DNA of 18,695 nucleotides from a virus (Duplodnaviria; Heunggongvirae; Uroviricota; Caudoviricetes): IMG/VR virus record IMGVR_UViG_2609459839_000004; one strand, 5' to 3'. Shown piece by piece: positions 7,667 to 15,451 of this stretch (position 1 is its first letter; each line of letters starts with the position of its first letter). The notes under the pieces were generated by a model. It saw only the letters and a program-made list of their open reading frames with translations, ran no database searches and was not told where the DNA came from. The position numbers and the translations under genes were made by a program.

Positions 7667-7743
7667 GCGTTGTTAGCTCAGCCGGACAGAGCAATTGCCT
7701 TCTAAGCAATCGGTCACTGGTTCGAATCCAGTACAACGCGCCA
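7667..7743 (+). tRNA. tRNA-Arg(UCU), argU-like, reads AGA/AGG
   Basis: Acceptor GCGTTGT/ACAACGC, anticodon loop CTTCTAA (UCU), T-arm ACTGG-TTCGAAT-CCAGT, encoded CCA. Confidence 0.85.
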
Positions 7744-7758
7744 CACTTATTTTCCTTG

Positions 7759-7781
7759 GCTCGCTTTTGCGGGCTTTTTTT
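7759..7781 (+). terminator. Intrinsic terminator after the tRNA cluster
   Basis: gctcgc-tttt-gcgggc hairpin followed by seven T. Confidence 0.5.
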
Positions 7782-7979
7782 AAATGTCTCACAATTCAGG
7801 CGGTTGACTGTTGTCTGGTTTGCGGGGAGTTTGTTAAAAGAAACTGGCATGGTGAATCCCCCTGTGCGGAGGGGCAATCAGCGAGTAGGTATATGGGATA
7901 ATCGCGGATTCAGGTGCTGGTACTGAATTCACCGGGAGGCACCCGGCACCATGCAATGGCACATAGCGCCACTCTCCAG

Positions 7980-8005
7980 CCCCTCTCCGGAGGGGCTGTT
8001 TATAT
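7980..8005 (+). terminator. Terminator-like hairpin
   Basis: cccctc-tccg-gagggg perfect 6-bp stem followed by T-rich ctgtttatattgatttt. Confidence 0.4.
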
Positions 8006-8029
8006 TGATTTTGTCAGATGTGAGTAAAC

Positions 8030-8063
8030 TCCTTATGGACTTTGTTGTTTTAGTCCATAAGGA
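8030..8063. repeat. Perfect 12-bp inverted repeat with 10-nt spacer
   Basis: tccttatggact (8030-8041) / agtccataagga (8052-8063), overlapping the stop of the minus-strand ORF; terminator or protein-binding site. Confidence 0.5.
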
Positions 8064-8368
8064 CATATTTGCAGAGTGCAACGGTTATTAAAGCATTCAT
8101 TCAATACGTTATCTGTATTTGTAGGGCATTCCTGGCTGTTTTTGATTAAATTCCAGAATGTTTTATTGAATGGTACTACGTTGTAAATGGTTACAGGTAG
8201 CACTTTGTTATTGAGCATGATGCCTGTGTGAGTCAGTGTAAATATACTTTCAGGAGGTAAGAAAGCATCCGATTGATACCAGATTATTAATTTTATTTTA
8301 CTCCATATGACTGAAAAAGATATTCCGCATGATGGCTGGATAACTGTATCAATCACAATCCACTTCAT
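8033..8368 (-). CDS. Hypothetical Cys-rich protein (111 aa) in an AT-rich island
   Basis: Minus-strand ORF with AAGGAAAG SD ~7 nt upstream of the ATG at 8368; only sizeable ORF between the tRNA cluster and the lysis genes. Confidence 0.4.
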   Translation of the reverse strand: MKWIVIDTVIQPSCGISFSVIWSKIKLIIWYQSDAFLPPESIFTLTHTGIMLNNKVLPVTIYNVVPFNKTFWNLIKNSQECPTNTDNVLNECFNNRCTLQICPYGLKQQSP

Positions 8369-8627
8369 TTACTTTCCTTGTTTATGCCTTGCTGGTGATG
8401 TTCTGAAAAGTATAAATGATATTTTTGAATTAAACCATAGAGCAGAATTATTTTTCTGATGTTGTTTATTGTTTATTTAAATGCAGGGTGGTTTATATCT
8501 CGTCTTGTAGTTTATCCATGCATATCTGCTTGATAATCAGGTTTTTATTTAAGGTATGGTTTTGTGTTTTTTCTGTATTACATGTCAGGTATTTTAAAGA
8601 ATTATTTTTCAGATGGTGGAAAGAACC

Positions 8628-8816
8628 ATGGCATTTAAACACTATGATGTTGTCAGGGCGGCGCCGCCGTCAGATCTTGCGGAAAAGCTGACACATAAAC
8701 TGAAAGAGGGCTGGCAGCCGTTTGGTAGTCCGGTGGCCATAACCCCTTATACCCTGATGCAGGCGATTGCAGCAGAAGGTGATGTGGTGGTCAGCGGTGC
8801 AACTGAGCCGGAGTGA
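8628..8816 (+). CDS. Small conserved phage protein upstream of the lysis cassette (DUF1737-like)
   Basis: 62-aa ORF starting MAFKHYDVVRA...; resembles small proteins commonly found before holin genes in lambdoid prophages; family name from memory. Confidence 0.45.
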   Translation: MAFKHYDVVRAAPPSDLAEKLTHKLKEGWQPFGSPVAITPYTLMQAIAAEGDVVVSGATEPE

Positions 8817-9059
8817 TACTACGTCATCGTACTGGCCCGGCATTCCAGGCCATAAAAGACAGTCTGGCAGTGGGACTAAATGCACTGACGCTGACGGATA
8901 TTACCAAAAATGCAACGTATGGCGTTGAGACAGAAAGTCTGGTGCTGGAGATAAATGCACCGGCATCATCATAAAAAGTGAGCCAGTCAAATGGAAGGTA
9001 TCGTTAAACTCACCGGTAGTGTCAGTGGGTCGTCTGAGATGCCTGCATGAGTTATCAGA

Positions 9060-9089
9060 GCCATCAGTACTTAACTGGTGGCTTTTTTT
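9060..9089 (+). terminator. Strong intrinsic terminator just upstream of the holin gene
   Basis: 8-bp stem gccatcag/ctggtggc (one G-U), loop tacttaa, followed by seven T. Confidence 0.55.
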
Positions 9090-9124
9090 ATTGTTGTCAG
9101 CTTCCGGATAACGGGAGACGGGGT

Positions 9125-9340
9125 ATGTACCAGATGGAAAAAATCACAACAGGTGTGTCATACACCACGTCAGCGGTGGGAACGGGCTACTGGTTCCTGC
9201 AGTTGCTGGACAGGGTTTCCCCGTCTCAGTGGGCGGCAATAGGCGTGCTGGGGAGTCTGCTGTTTGGGCTGCTGACATATCTGACTAACCTGTATTTCAA
9301 AATCAGAGAGGACCGTCGTAAGGCTGCACGGGGAGAGTAA
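9125..9340 (+). CDS. S: Class II holin, phage-21 S21-type pinholin with dual-start motif
   Basis: [71 protein letters not shown] closely matches S21 as recalled; two TMDs; Met1 and Met4 starts; GGGAGACGGGG SD. Confidence 0.85.
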   Translation: MYQMEKITTGVSYTTSAVGTGYWFLQLLDRVSPSQWAAIGVLGSLLFGLLTYLTNLYFKIREDRRKAARGE

Positions 9341-9344
9341 TTCA

Positions 9345-9605
9345 ATGACTCAAAACTATGAACTGATTGTGAAAGGGATCCGCAATTTTGAGAATAAAGT
9401 TACGGTAACTTTAGCGTTACGGGACAAAAAACGCTTTGACGGTGAAATTTTTGACCTGGACATCTCGCTGGACCGTGTTGAAGGTGCCGCGCTGGAGTTT
9501 TATGAGGCATCAGACAGGTCTTCCTGGATGTTGCTGCCGGGTTATGTGAAGGGGACGAGCTGTTGCCAGAAACGCGCCCCTGTTCAGAGGCGCGGTATAC
9601 CATAA
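9345..9605 (+). CDS. Hypothetical protein (86 aa) between holin and endolysin
   Basis: ATG 5 nt after the holin stop with GGAG upstream; no family recognised; S and R are normally adjacent. Confidence 0.4.
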   Translation: MTQNYELIVKGIRNFENKVTVTLALRDKKRFDGEIFDLDISLDRVEGAALEFYEASDRSSWMLLPGYVKGTSCCQKRAPVQRRGIP

Positions 9606-9698
9606 AAATTAACAGTTCTGATAACTCGATTACGGGTTGTTAGCTTTTTGCAGTTGGCTTTCCAGTATCTTTCATTGGTAGCATCCTGATAAATATCC

Positions 9699-10232
9699 AT
9701 GAGCGCAAAAATCAAATACGGCCTGTCAGCTGCTGTTCTGGCGCTGATTGCTGCAGGCGCGTCTGCTCCTCAGATACTTGCCCAGTTTCTGGACGAAAAA
9801 GAGGGTAACCACACAACGGCATACCGCGATGGTTCCGGCATCTGGACCATCTGTCGGGGGGCCACGATGGTGGATGGAAAACCCGTTTTTCCCGGTATGA
9901 AACTGTCGAAGGAAAAATGCGACCAGGTCAACGCCATTGAGCGTGATAAGGCGCTGGCATGGGTGGAGAAAAACATCAAAGTGCCATTGAGCGAACCCCA
10001 GAAAGCGGGGATCGCGTCATTCTGTCCGTACAACATTGGTCCCGGTAAGTGTTTCCCGTCGACGTTTTATAAACGAATTAATGCAGGTGATCGCAGGGGA
10101 GCGTGTGAGGCGATTCGCTGGTGGATTAAGGACGGTGGCAGAGACTGCCGTATTCGTTCAAACAACTGCTACGGTCAGGTATCCCGTCGTGACCAGGAGA
10201 GCGCGCTGGCGTGCTGGGGTATCTACAGATAA
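9699..10232 (+). CDS. R: SAR endolysin (T4-lysozyme-type, GH24), phage-21 R21-like
   Basis: N-terminal Gly/Ala-rich weakly hydrophobic SAR segment GLSAAVLALIAAGASAP; catalytic E...D...T triad context EGNHTTAYRDGSGIWTICRG as in R21. Confidence 0.85.
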   Translation: MSAKIKYGLSAAVLALIAAGASAPQILAQFLDEKEGNHTTAYRDGSGIWTICRGATMVDGKPVFPGMKLSKEKCDQVNAIERDKALAWVEKNIKVPLSEPQKAGIASFCPYNIGPGKCFPSTFYKRINAGDRRGACEAIRWWIKDGGRDCRIRSNNCYGQVSRRDQESALACWGIYR

Positions 10233-10391
10233 GCAGAATATTTTGCTGAAAAATAAGGCATGGCCACGCGGGCGGATAACATGAAATCCTGCGAACTGGC
10301 GAAACGTAAGTGAATAAAAGTAAAAACCCCGTTTGTTGGCACCAAGCGGGGTTTTGTGTTTCCTGACTCCGGAAAAGTCAAAGGAGAAAGT

Positions 10392-10529
10392 GTGTTTGAT
10401 TTTAGCAAACTGATTCGGGAGATTCGAGTGATGGCTGAAAAATTATCCACCTGGAAGTTCATTCTTATCTGGCTGGTGTTTGTGATTATGGCCTCCGGTT
10501 ATTTCATCGGTCAGATACGCTGGTGGTGA
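10392..10529 (+). CDS. Small single-TM ORF (45 codons, GTG start) between endolysin and Rz
   Basis: AAGGAG at 10381-10386 five nt before GTG 10392; encodes [20 protein letters not shown]; stop 1 nt before the Rz ATG. Below the ORF-track size cutoff. Confidence 0.3.
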   Translation: MFDFSKLIREIRVMAEKLSTWKFILIWLVFVIMASGYFIGQIRWW

Positions 10530-10530
10530 A

Positions 10531-10995
10531 ATGAACCGCGTACTGTGCGTGGTCATCATTGCCCTGCTGGTGGCCTGTGGTGCGCTTAGTCTGGGGCTGA
10601 ATCATTACCGTGATAACGCCATTACCTACAAAGCCCAGCGCGACAAAAATGTCAGAGAACTGAAGCTGGCGAACGCGGCAATTACTGACATGCAGATGCG
10701 TCAGCGTGATGTTGCTGCGCTCGATGCAAAATACACGAAGGAGTTAGCTGATGCGAAAGCTGAAAATGATGCTCTGCGTGATGATGTTGCCGCTGGTCGT
10801 CGTCGGTTGCACATCAAAGCAGTCTGTCAGTCAGAGCGTGAAGCCACCACCGCCTCCGGCGTGGATAATGCAGCCTCCCCCCGACTGGCAGACACCGCTG
10901 AACGGAATTATTTCACCCTCAGAGCGCGACTGATAATAATGCAAAAACAACTTGAAGGGGCACAGCTATACATTCGAGAGCAATGCCTCAGATAA
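10531..10995 (+). CDS. Rz: Rz i-spanin (inner-membrane spanin subunit)
   Basis: Near-identical to lambda Rz as recalled ([78 protein letters not shown]); N-terminal TMD. Confidence 0.9.
   Translation: MNRVLCVVIIALLVACGALSLGLNHYRDNAITYKAQRDKNVRELKLANAAITDMQMRQRDVAALDAKYTKELADAKAENDALRDDVAAGRRRLHIKAVCQSEREATTASGVDNAASPRLADTAERNYFTLRARLIIMQKQLEGAQLYIREQCLR
10751..10933 (+). CDS. Rz1: Rz1 o-spanin lipoprotein, embedded in the +1 frame of Rz
   Basis: [20 protein letters not shown] lipobox signal then proline-rich [30 protein letters not shown], matching lambda Rz1. Confidence 0.85.
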   Translation: MRKLKMMLCVMMLPLVVVGCTSKQSVSQSVKPPPPPAWIMQPPPDWQTPLNGIISPSERD

Positions 10996-11302
10996 AAACC
11001 GGCCAAGGATAATCCGCTGAAGATTCGCCGGTGGCTAAAGTGTGCCAAGAGTTCAATTTACGCAATTACTCCTGTCGATGCTATGCACCGCCTTTGTGAA
11101 GTCAATGGATACCTGATTTATTTCTGTGCGCTGTATCGTCGCTGTACTCTTGCATTAATTATGACTGTAGCCTGACGGGGAACTCCTTCTGCACAAGTGT
11201 GGGGGAATAATCAAAAACGATGCACACCGGGGTTACCGGGTACACATATTTCATCATGCCAGCGAGTCCGGTTCTGGCACGGAAGAAACCGGACGTTATG
11301 AT

Positions 11303-11713
11303 TTAGTGCGGAAATATTTGTGTAGTGTTCTGAATGTTCTCAGTAAAGAGTAATGAATTATCAAAGGTATAGTAATACCTTTTGTTTTCGTGGATATTTG
11401 TAATCCATCTGAAAACCCCTGCTGTAGCAAGATTTTTCCTGTATTCGTAAAATGATAACTCTCCTGATTTGAATCCTTTTAATGTGGCTTCTATAAGGCA
11501 TTTATTTTTTGAAAATCTTACATTTACAACCTTACCCTGTCCTTTTATTAAAACCGTACTATCGTTTTCAAGAACAAGATGAATATTCTCTGTGGCTAAA
11601 TAGTAAATGTAATGTGAGACATTGTGACGTTTTAGTTCAGAATAAAACCAGTGATAGTTTAAATTATTTCGCACTTTATCGAATATTTGTTTAAAAATGG
11701 CAACCTGAGCCAT
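11303..11713 (-). CDS. DUF1398-like (YbcV-like) prophage protein
   Basis: Minus-strand ORF; GGAAGG SD before the second in-frame ATG (11713) gives 136 aa; region [22 protein letters not shown] resembles the YbcV family found after Rz in lambdoid prophages (from memory). Confidence 0.5.
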   Translation of the reverse strand: MAQVAIFKQIFDKVRNNLNYHWFYSELKRHNVSHYIYYLATENIHLVLENDSTVLIKGQGKVVNVRFSKNKCLIEATLKGFKSGELSFYEYRKNLATAGVFRWITNIHENKRYYYTFDNSLLFTENIQNTTQIFPH

Positions 11714-11770
11714 TGTAGTACCTTCCATGTGATATGAGGGTACCTAGTCTGCACGATTATCTAAATTGCT

Positions 11771-12004
11771 TCAATCTGGTCTGACCTGCTTTCTGAGCAA
11801 TTCAGTAATGTCACTCTTTTCTTTGTTTGCTTCAGGCGAAACTCTTTTTTCTGAGCACAGTCTTCGGCGGCAGGCTTCAATGACCCAGGCTGAGAAATTC
11901 CCAGACCCTTTTTGATCAAGAGCGATGTTAATTTGTTCAATCATTGGGTTAGGAAAGCGGATGTTGCGGGTTGTTGTTCTGCGGGTTCTGTTCTTCGTTG
12001 ACAT
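11771..12004 (-). CDS. Small basic protein (77 aa), possible ribbon-helix-helix DNA binder (YlcI/DUF3950-like)
   Basis: Minus-strand ORF with Arg-rich N-terminus and PNPMIEQINIALDQKGSGNFSAWVIEACRRRL segment; family assignment tentative. Confidence 0.4.
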   Translation of the reverse strand: MSTKNRTRRTTTRNIRFPNPMIEQINIALDQKGSGNFSAWVIEACRRRLCSEKRVSPEANKEKSDITELLRKQVRPD

Positions 12005-12169
12005 GAGGTTGCCCTGTATTCAGTGTCACTGATTTGTATTGTCTGAAGTTGTTTTTACGTTAAGTTGATGCAGATCAATTAATACGATACCTGCGTCATA
12101 ATTGATTATTTGACGTGGTTTGATGGCGTAGATGCACGTTGTGACATGCAGATGATAATTATTATCATT

Positions 12170-12431
12170 TTGCGGGTCCTTTCCGGCGATCCGACAGGTT
12201 ACGGGGCGGCGACCTCGCGCGTTTTCACTATTTATGAGATTTTTTGAGGGGGTGGTTGTTGTTTAATTGTTTGGTATATCTAATTGATAAGTAAGGTGAA
12301 AATAAAATAAATACAACAACCTTACGATGTGTTTTGATGTCGCCAATGCGAAAAATGTCAATGATATCAAATGGTTTTGCAAAAACACATGGTTGTTGTT
12401 TCGCTTTTTATCGATGACTTATGGAGAGGAG
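12170..12431 (+). other. cos region: lambda-like cosQ and cosN (12204-12215), diverged cosB
   Basis: ...gatgataattattatcattttgcgggtcctttccggcgatccgacaggttacg|gggcggcgacctcgcg... matches the lambda right-end/left-end junction as recalled; downstream sequence differs from lambda cosB. Confidence 0.75.
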
Positions 12432-12875
12432 ATGGCCTTTTTATTGAATAAAAGTGATATGGCCTCCTCCATCGGTATCTCTGTTCAGGCATTTGATAAA
12501 TGGGGCGTTCCTCCTGTTGAACGTCGGGGGAGGGAAGTTTTATATGACGTTAAAACTGTACTGGAGATAGATCGCGAGCGGCGACAACACAATCAGAGAA
12601 CACCTGATGACGGGGGAGAACTGGAGGAAAGGCTGCTTCGGGCCAGAGCTGAACTGACAGAAGAACAGGCTGTAGCTCAAAAACTTAAAAATCAGGTAAC
12701 CGAAGGTAAGCTCATCGATTCAGACTTCTGCGTTTTCGCCCTCAGCAAACTGGCGATGGCATTGTCCAGTACGCTTGATTCCATTCCGTTATCCATGCAG
12801 CGACAGTTATGGCGTGTGAAGAAGCGAAAGGTCGTGAACAACTGGCGGCAACGCTGGCGGCGATGCCGGAGATGA
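12432..12875 (+). pseudogene. Terminase small subunit (Nu1-like), truncated and running out of frame into a C/Nu3 remnant
   Basis: ATG 12432 with GGAGAGGA SD; N-terminal HTH region and DFCVFALSKLAMALSSTLDSIPLSMQRQLW align with lambda Nu1; the Arg-rich tail RVKKRKVVNNWRQRWRRCRR looks like out-of-frame translation; no terminase large-subunit gene follows. Confidence 0.6.
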
Positions 12876-13201
12876 CGGTGGAAAAAGCACGCCCGATCCT
12901 GGCGGCTGCACCACTGGCGGATGCCGGGCCCTCACTTCGTGATCAGATCATGGCCCTGGATGAGGCAAAAGGGGCAGAAGCGCAGGCTGAAAAACTGGCG
13001 GCCTGCCCGGGAATGACCGTGGAGAACGCCCGGGCTGTGCTGGCTGCGGGATCAGGTAAGGCCGAACCGGTCTCTGCATCCACAACCGCCCTGTTTGAAC
13101 ATTTCATGGCGAATCATTCACCGGCAGCGGTGCGGGGTGGCGTGTCACAGACGTCAGCAGACGGTGATGCGGACGTGAAAATGCTCATGGCCATGCCATG
13201 A
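12809..13201 (+). pseudogene. C-terminal remnant of head protease/scaffold (C/Nu3-like)
   Basis: Ala-rich ORF ending FEHFMANHSPAAVRGGVSQTSADGDADVKMLMAMP immediately upstream of D, the position of the Nu3 C-terminus in lambda; portal and protease N-terminal regions absent. Confidence 0.5.
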
Positions 13202-13237
13202 AGTCAGTGCTGACCATCAATATGAGGTTTTAACAAA

Positions 13238-13585
13238 ATGGTGACGAAAACCATCACTGAACAGCGTGCGGAAGTACGTATTTTTGCTGGTAATGATCCG
13301 GCTCATACCGCCACAGGCAGCAGCGGGATTTCTTCTGCAACACCGGCTCTGACGCCCCTGATGCTGGATGAAGCCACCGGGAAACTGGTGGTCTGGGATG
13401 GACAGAAAGCCGGTAGTGCGGTTGGCATACTGGTACTGCCGCTTGAAGGCACAGAGACGGTGCTGACCTATTACAAGTCGGGGACCTTTGCGACGGAGGC
13501 AATCCGCTGGCCTGACAGTGTGGATGAACACAAAAAGGCAAATGCCTTTGCCGGCACAGCCCTGAGTCACGCGGCTCTGCCGTAA
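13238..13585 (+). CDS. D: Head decoration protein (gpD-like)
   Basis: DPAHTAT...TPLMLD...KLVVWDG...AVGIL...YYKSGTF...FAGTA conserved with lambda D as recalled. Confidence 0.85.
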   Translation: MVTKTITEQRAEVRIFAGNDPAHTATGSSGISSATPALTPLMLDEATGKLVVWDGQKAGSAVGILVLPLEGTETVLTYYKSGTFATEAIRWPDSVDEHKKANAFAGTALSHAALP

Positions 13586-13642
13586 CACGTTATCAGGCCA
13601 CCATGGTGGCCTGACTGATTTCTGAATGAAAGGAACTGATTT

Positions 13643-14671
13643 ATGGGATTGTTTACGACCCGCCAGTTACTCGGTTATACCGAACAAAAAGTTAAATTTC
13701 GTGCGCTGTTTCTGGAACTGTTTTTCCGCCGTACGGTGAATTTCCACACCGAAGAGGTGATGCTGGACAAAATTACCGGAAAAACGCCGGTGGCGGCCTA
13801 TGTCTCCCCTGTCGTTGAAGGAAAAGTGCTGCGTCATCGTGGGGGTGAAACCCGCGTGTTACGTCCGGGCTACGTCAAGCCGAAACACGAATTTAATTAC
13901 CAGCAGGCGGTTGAACGCCTTCCCGGTGAAGATCCGGCTCAGCTGAACGACCCGGCCTACCGTCGTCTGCGTATCATCACTGATAACCTCAAACAGGAAG
14001 AGCACGCTATTGTGCAGGTGGAAGAAATGCAGGCGGTGAATGCCGTGCTGTATGGCAAATATACGATGGAAGGAGACCAGTTCGAGAAAATTGAAGTCGA
14101 TTTTGGCCGATCGACGAAGAATAACATCATACAAGGTAGCGGTAAGGAGTGGTCAAAACAGGATCGTGACACGTTCGACCCGACATATGATATCGACCTT
14201 TTCTGTGATCAGGCCAGTGGTCTTGCGAATATTGCCATTATGGACGGTACCGTCTGGCGTCTGCTGAATGGCTTTAAGCTTTTCCGCGAAAAACTGGATA
14301 CCCGTCGCGGTTCAAATTCACAACTCGAAACGGCAGTGAAAGATCTGGGCGCAGTGGTATCCTTCAAGGGGTATTACGGCGATCTGGCCATTGTGGTAGC
14401 GAAAACGTCTTATGTGGCAGAGGACGGTACCGAAAAACGTTATCTGCCGGAGGGCACGCTGGTGCTGGGGAATACGGCAGCAGAGGGGATTCGTTGCTAT
14501 GGAGCTATTAAGGATGCACAGGCGTTGTCTGAAGGAGTGGTGGCTTCTTCCCGTTACCCGAAACACTGGCTGACCGTGGGCGATCCGTCCTGTGAATTCA
14601 CCATGACGCAGTCCGCGCCGCTGATGGTGCTGCCGGATCCGGATGAGTTTGTGGTGGTACAGGTGAAATAA
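13643..14671 (+). CDS. E: Major capsid protein (gpE-like)
   Basis: 342 aa collinear with lambda E (PGYVKPKHE, VEEMQAVNAVLYGKYTM, KLDTRRGSNS.LETAVKDLG, PDPDEFV.VQ). Confidence 0.9.
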   Translation: MGLFTTRQLLGYTEQKVKFRALFLELFFRRTVNFHTEEVMLDKITGKTPVAAYVSPVVEGKVLRHRGGETRVLRPGYVKPKHEFNYQQAVERLPGEDPAQLNDPAYRRLRIITDNLKQEEHAIVQVEEMQAVNAVLYGKYTMEGDQFEKIEVDFGRSTKNNIIQGSGKEWSKQDRDTFDPTYDIDLFCDQASGLANIAIMDGTVWRLLNGFKLFREKLDTRRGSNSQLETAVKDLGAVVSFKGYYGDLAIVVAKTSYVAEDGTEKRYLPEGTLVLGNTAAEGIRCYGAIKDAQALSEGVVASSRYPKHWLTVGDPSCEFTMTQSAPLMVLPDPDEFVVVQVK

Positions 14672-14722
14672 TCCGTGAGCGGGGGCGAAATGCCCCCGTG
14701 TTTTTTTCACAGGGAGCTGGAT

Positions 14723-15091
14723 ATGGCAACAAAAGAAGAAAATCAGAAACGTCTTCGTGAACTGGCTGGTCTGCTGGGGCGCGAGGCGGATATGTCGGGG
14801 AGTGCTGCGGATATCGCACAGCGTGTGGCAGAGTGGGAAGAGGAGGTTTGCGCCTCGGAAAATGAAATCGCAGATGTTGATGATACCGTTCATGAGCAGG
14901 CATGCAGGCACACCGGTGAGGATGACGTTGGTATTCTGGAACGTATCAGGCTTCTGAAGTGTTTTTACCTGTGCGGTGTTGACGATAAAACAGGTGAGCC
15001 TGTTGAGCATGTTGATGCTGGCAGAGTAATTCTGATGCCCCCCTCAGTGGCAAAAGACATGGTCAGGAGCGGAATGGCCGTTTATGCGTGA
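14723..15091 (+). CDS. FI: Head-tail joining / DNA packaging protein (gpFI-like)
   Basis: Position between E and FII; acidic ~122-aa protein with weak similarity to lambda FI; ATG 14723 chosen over the track start. Confidence 0.6.
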   Translation: MATKEENQKRLRELAGLLGREADMSGSAADIAQRVAEWEEEVCASENEIADVDDTVHEQACRHTGEDDVGILERIRLLKCFYLCGVDDKTGEPVEHVDAGRVILMPPSVAKDMVRSGMAVYA

Positions 15092-15437
15092 TTTTGAGAA
15101 TTCCTTTGATGCTGCCCTTGCTGGGGTGGACAGAACGATTGTTGAAGTGATGGGGCTCTGTGCGCAGTTCACCTCGGGGGCACAGTGTGGCAGCGAAGTT
15201 CAGGGGGTTTTTGACGATCCGGAGTCGCTGGGGTTTGCCGGTAGCGGGGTCCGTATTGAAGGAAGCAGCCCGTCATTATTTGTGCGGACGGATACGGTTC
15301 GTGCCGTGCGGCGTGGTGACACGCTGACCATTAATGGTGAGACATTCTGGGTGGATCGTGTTTCTCCGGATGACGGGGGTAGCTGTTATCTCTGGCTCAA
15401 CCGTGGGCAACCACCCGCAGTTAACCGGCGACGATAA
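15084..15437 (+). CDS. FII: Head-tail connector protein (gpFII-like)
   Basis: GVFDDPE, GVRIEGSSPSLFVRTD, RRGDTLTI, FWVDRVSPDDGGSC.LWL.RG.PPAVNRRR match lambda FII. Confidence 0.85.
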   Translation: MRDFENSFDAALAGVDRTIVEVMGLCAQFTSGAQCGSEVQGVFDDPESLGFAGSGVRIEGSSPSLFVRTDTVRAVRRGDTLTINGETFWVDRVSPDDGGSCYLWLNRGQPPAVNRRR

Positions 15438-15451
15438 ACGCAGGGTGAATT

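Noticed and set aside
7548-7926. ORFs of 68-109 aa on both strands overlapping the tRNA genes
   Set aside because: They overlap three well-folded tRNA cloverleaves and the terminator; coding is implausible.
7745-8630. Shiga toxin genes (stxA/stxB) downstream of the tRNA cluster
   Set aside because: Looked for them because the tRNA cluster resembles the Stx-phage context. No plus-strand ORF of suitable size and no signal-peptide-bearing A/B subunit pair is present.
8488-8691. 67-aa plus-strand ORF in the AT-rich stretch
   Set aside because: Low-complexity hydrophobic translation of AT-rich DNA, no SD; overlaps the better-supported DUF1737-like gene start.
10223-10462. 79-aa minus-strand ORF across the endolysin-Rz spacer
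   Set aside because: Antisense to the endolysin 3' end and to the SD-supported mini-ORF; no ribosome-binding site.
12327-12431. Upstream extension of the Nu1-like ORF (track start 12327)
   Set aside because: The extension covers the cosB repeats; the ATG at 12432 has a good SD and aligns with the lambda Nu1 N-terminus.
13217-13588. Minus-strand ORFs of 95 and 123 aa antisense to gene D
   Set aside because: Antisense frames within a conserved structural gene; no start signals.
14318-15010. 230-aa minus-strand ORF antisense to the E/FI region
   Set aside because: Long but Arg/His/Pro-rich low-complexity translation, typical of a GC-rich antisense frame; overlaps two conserved structural genes.
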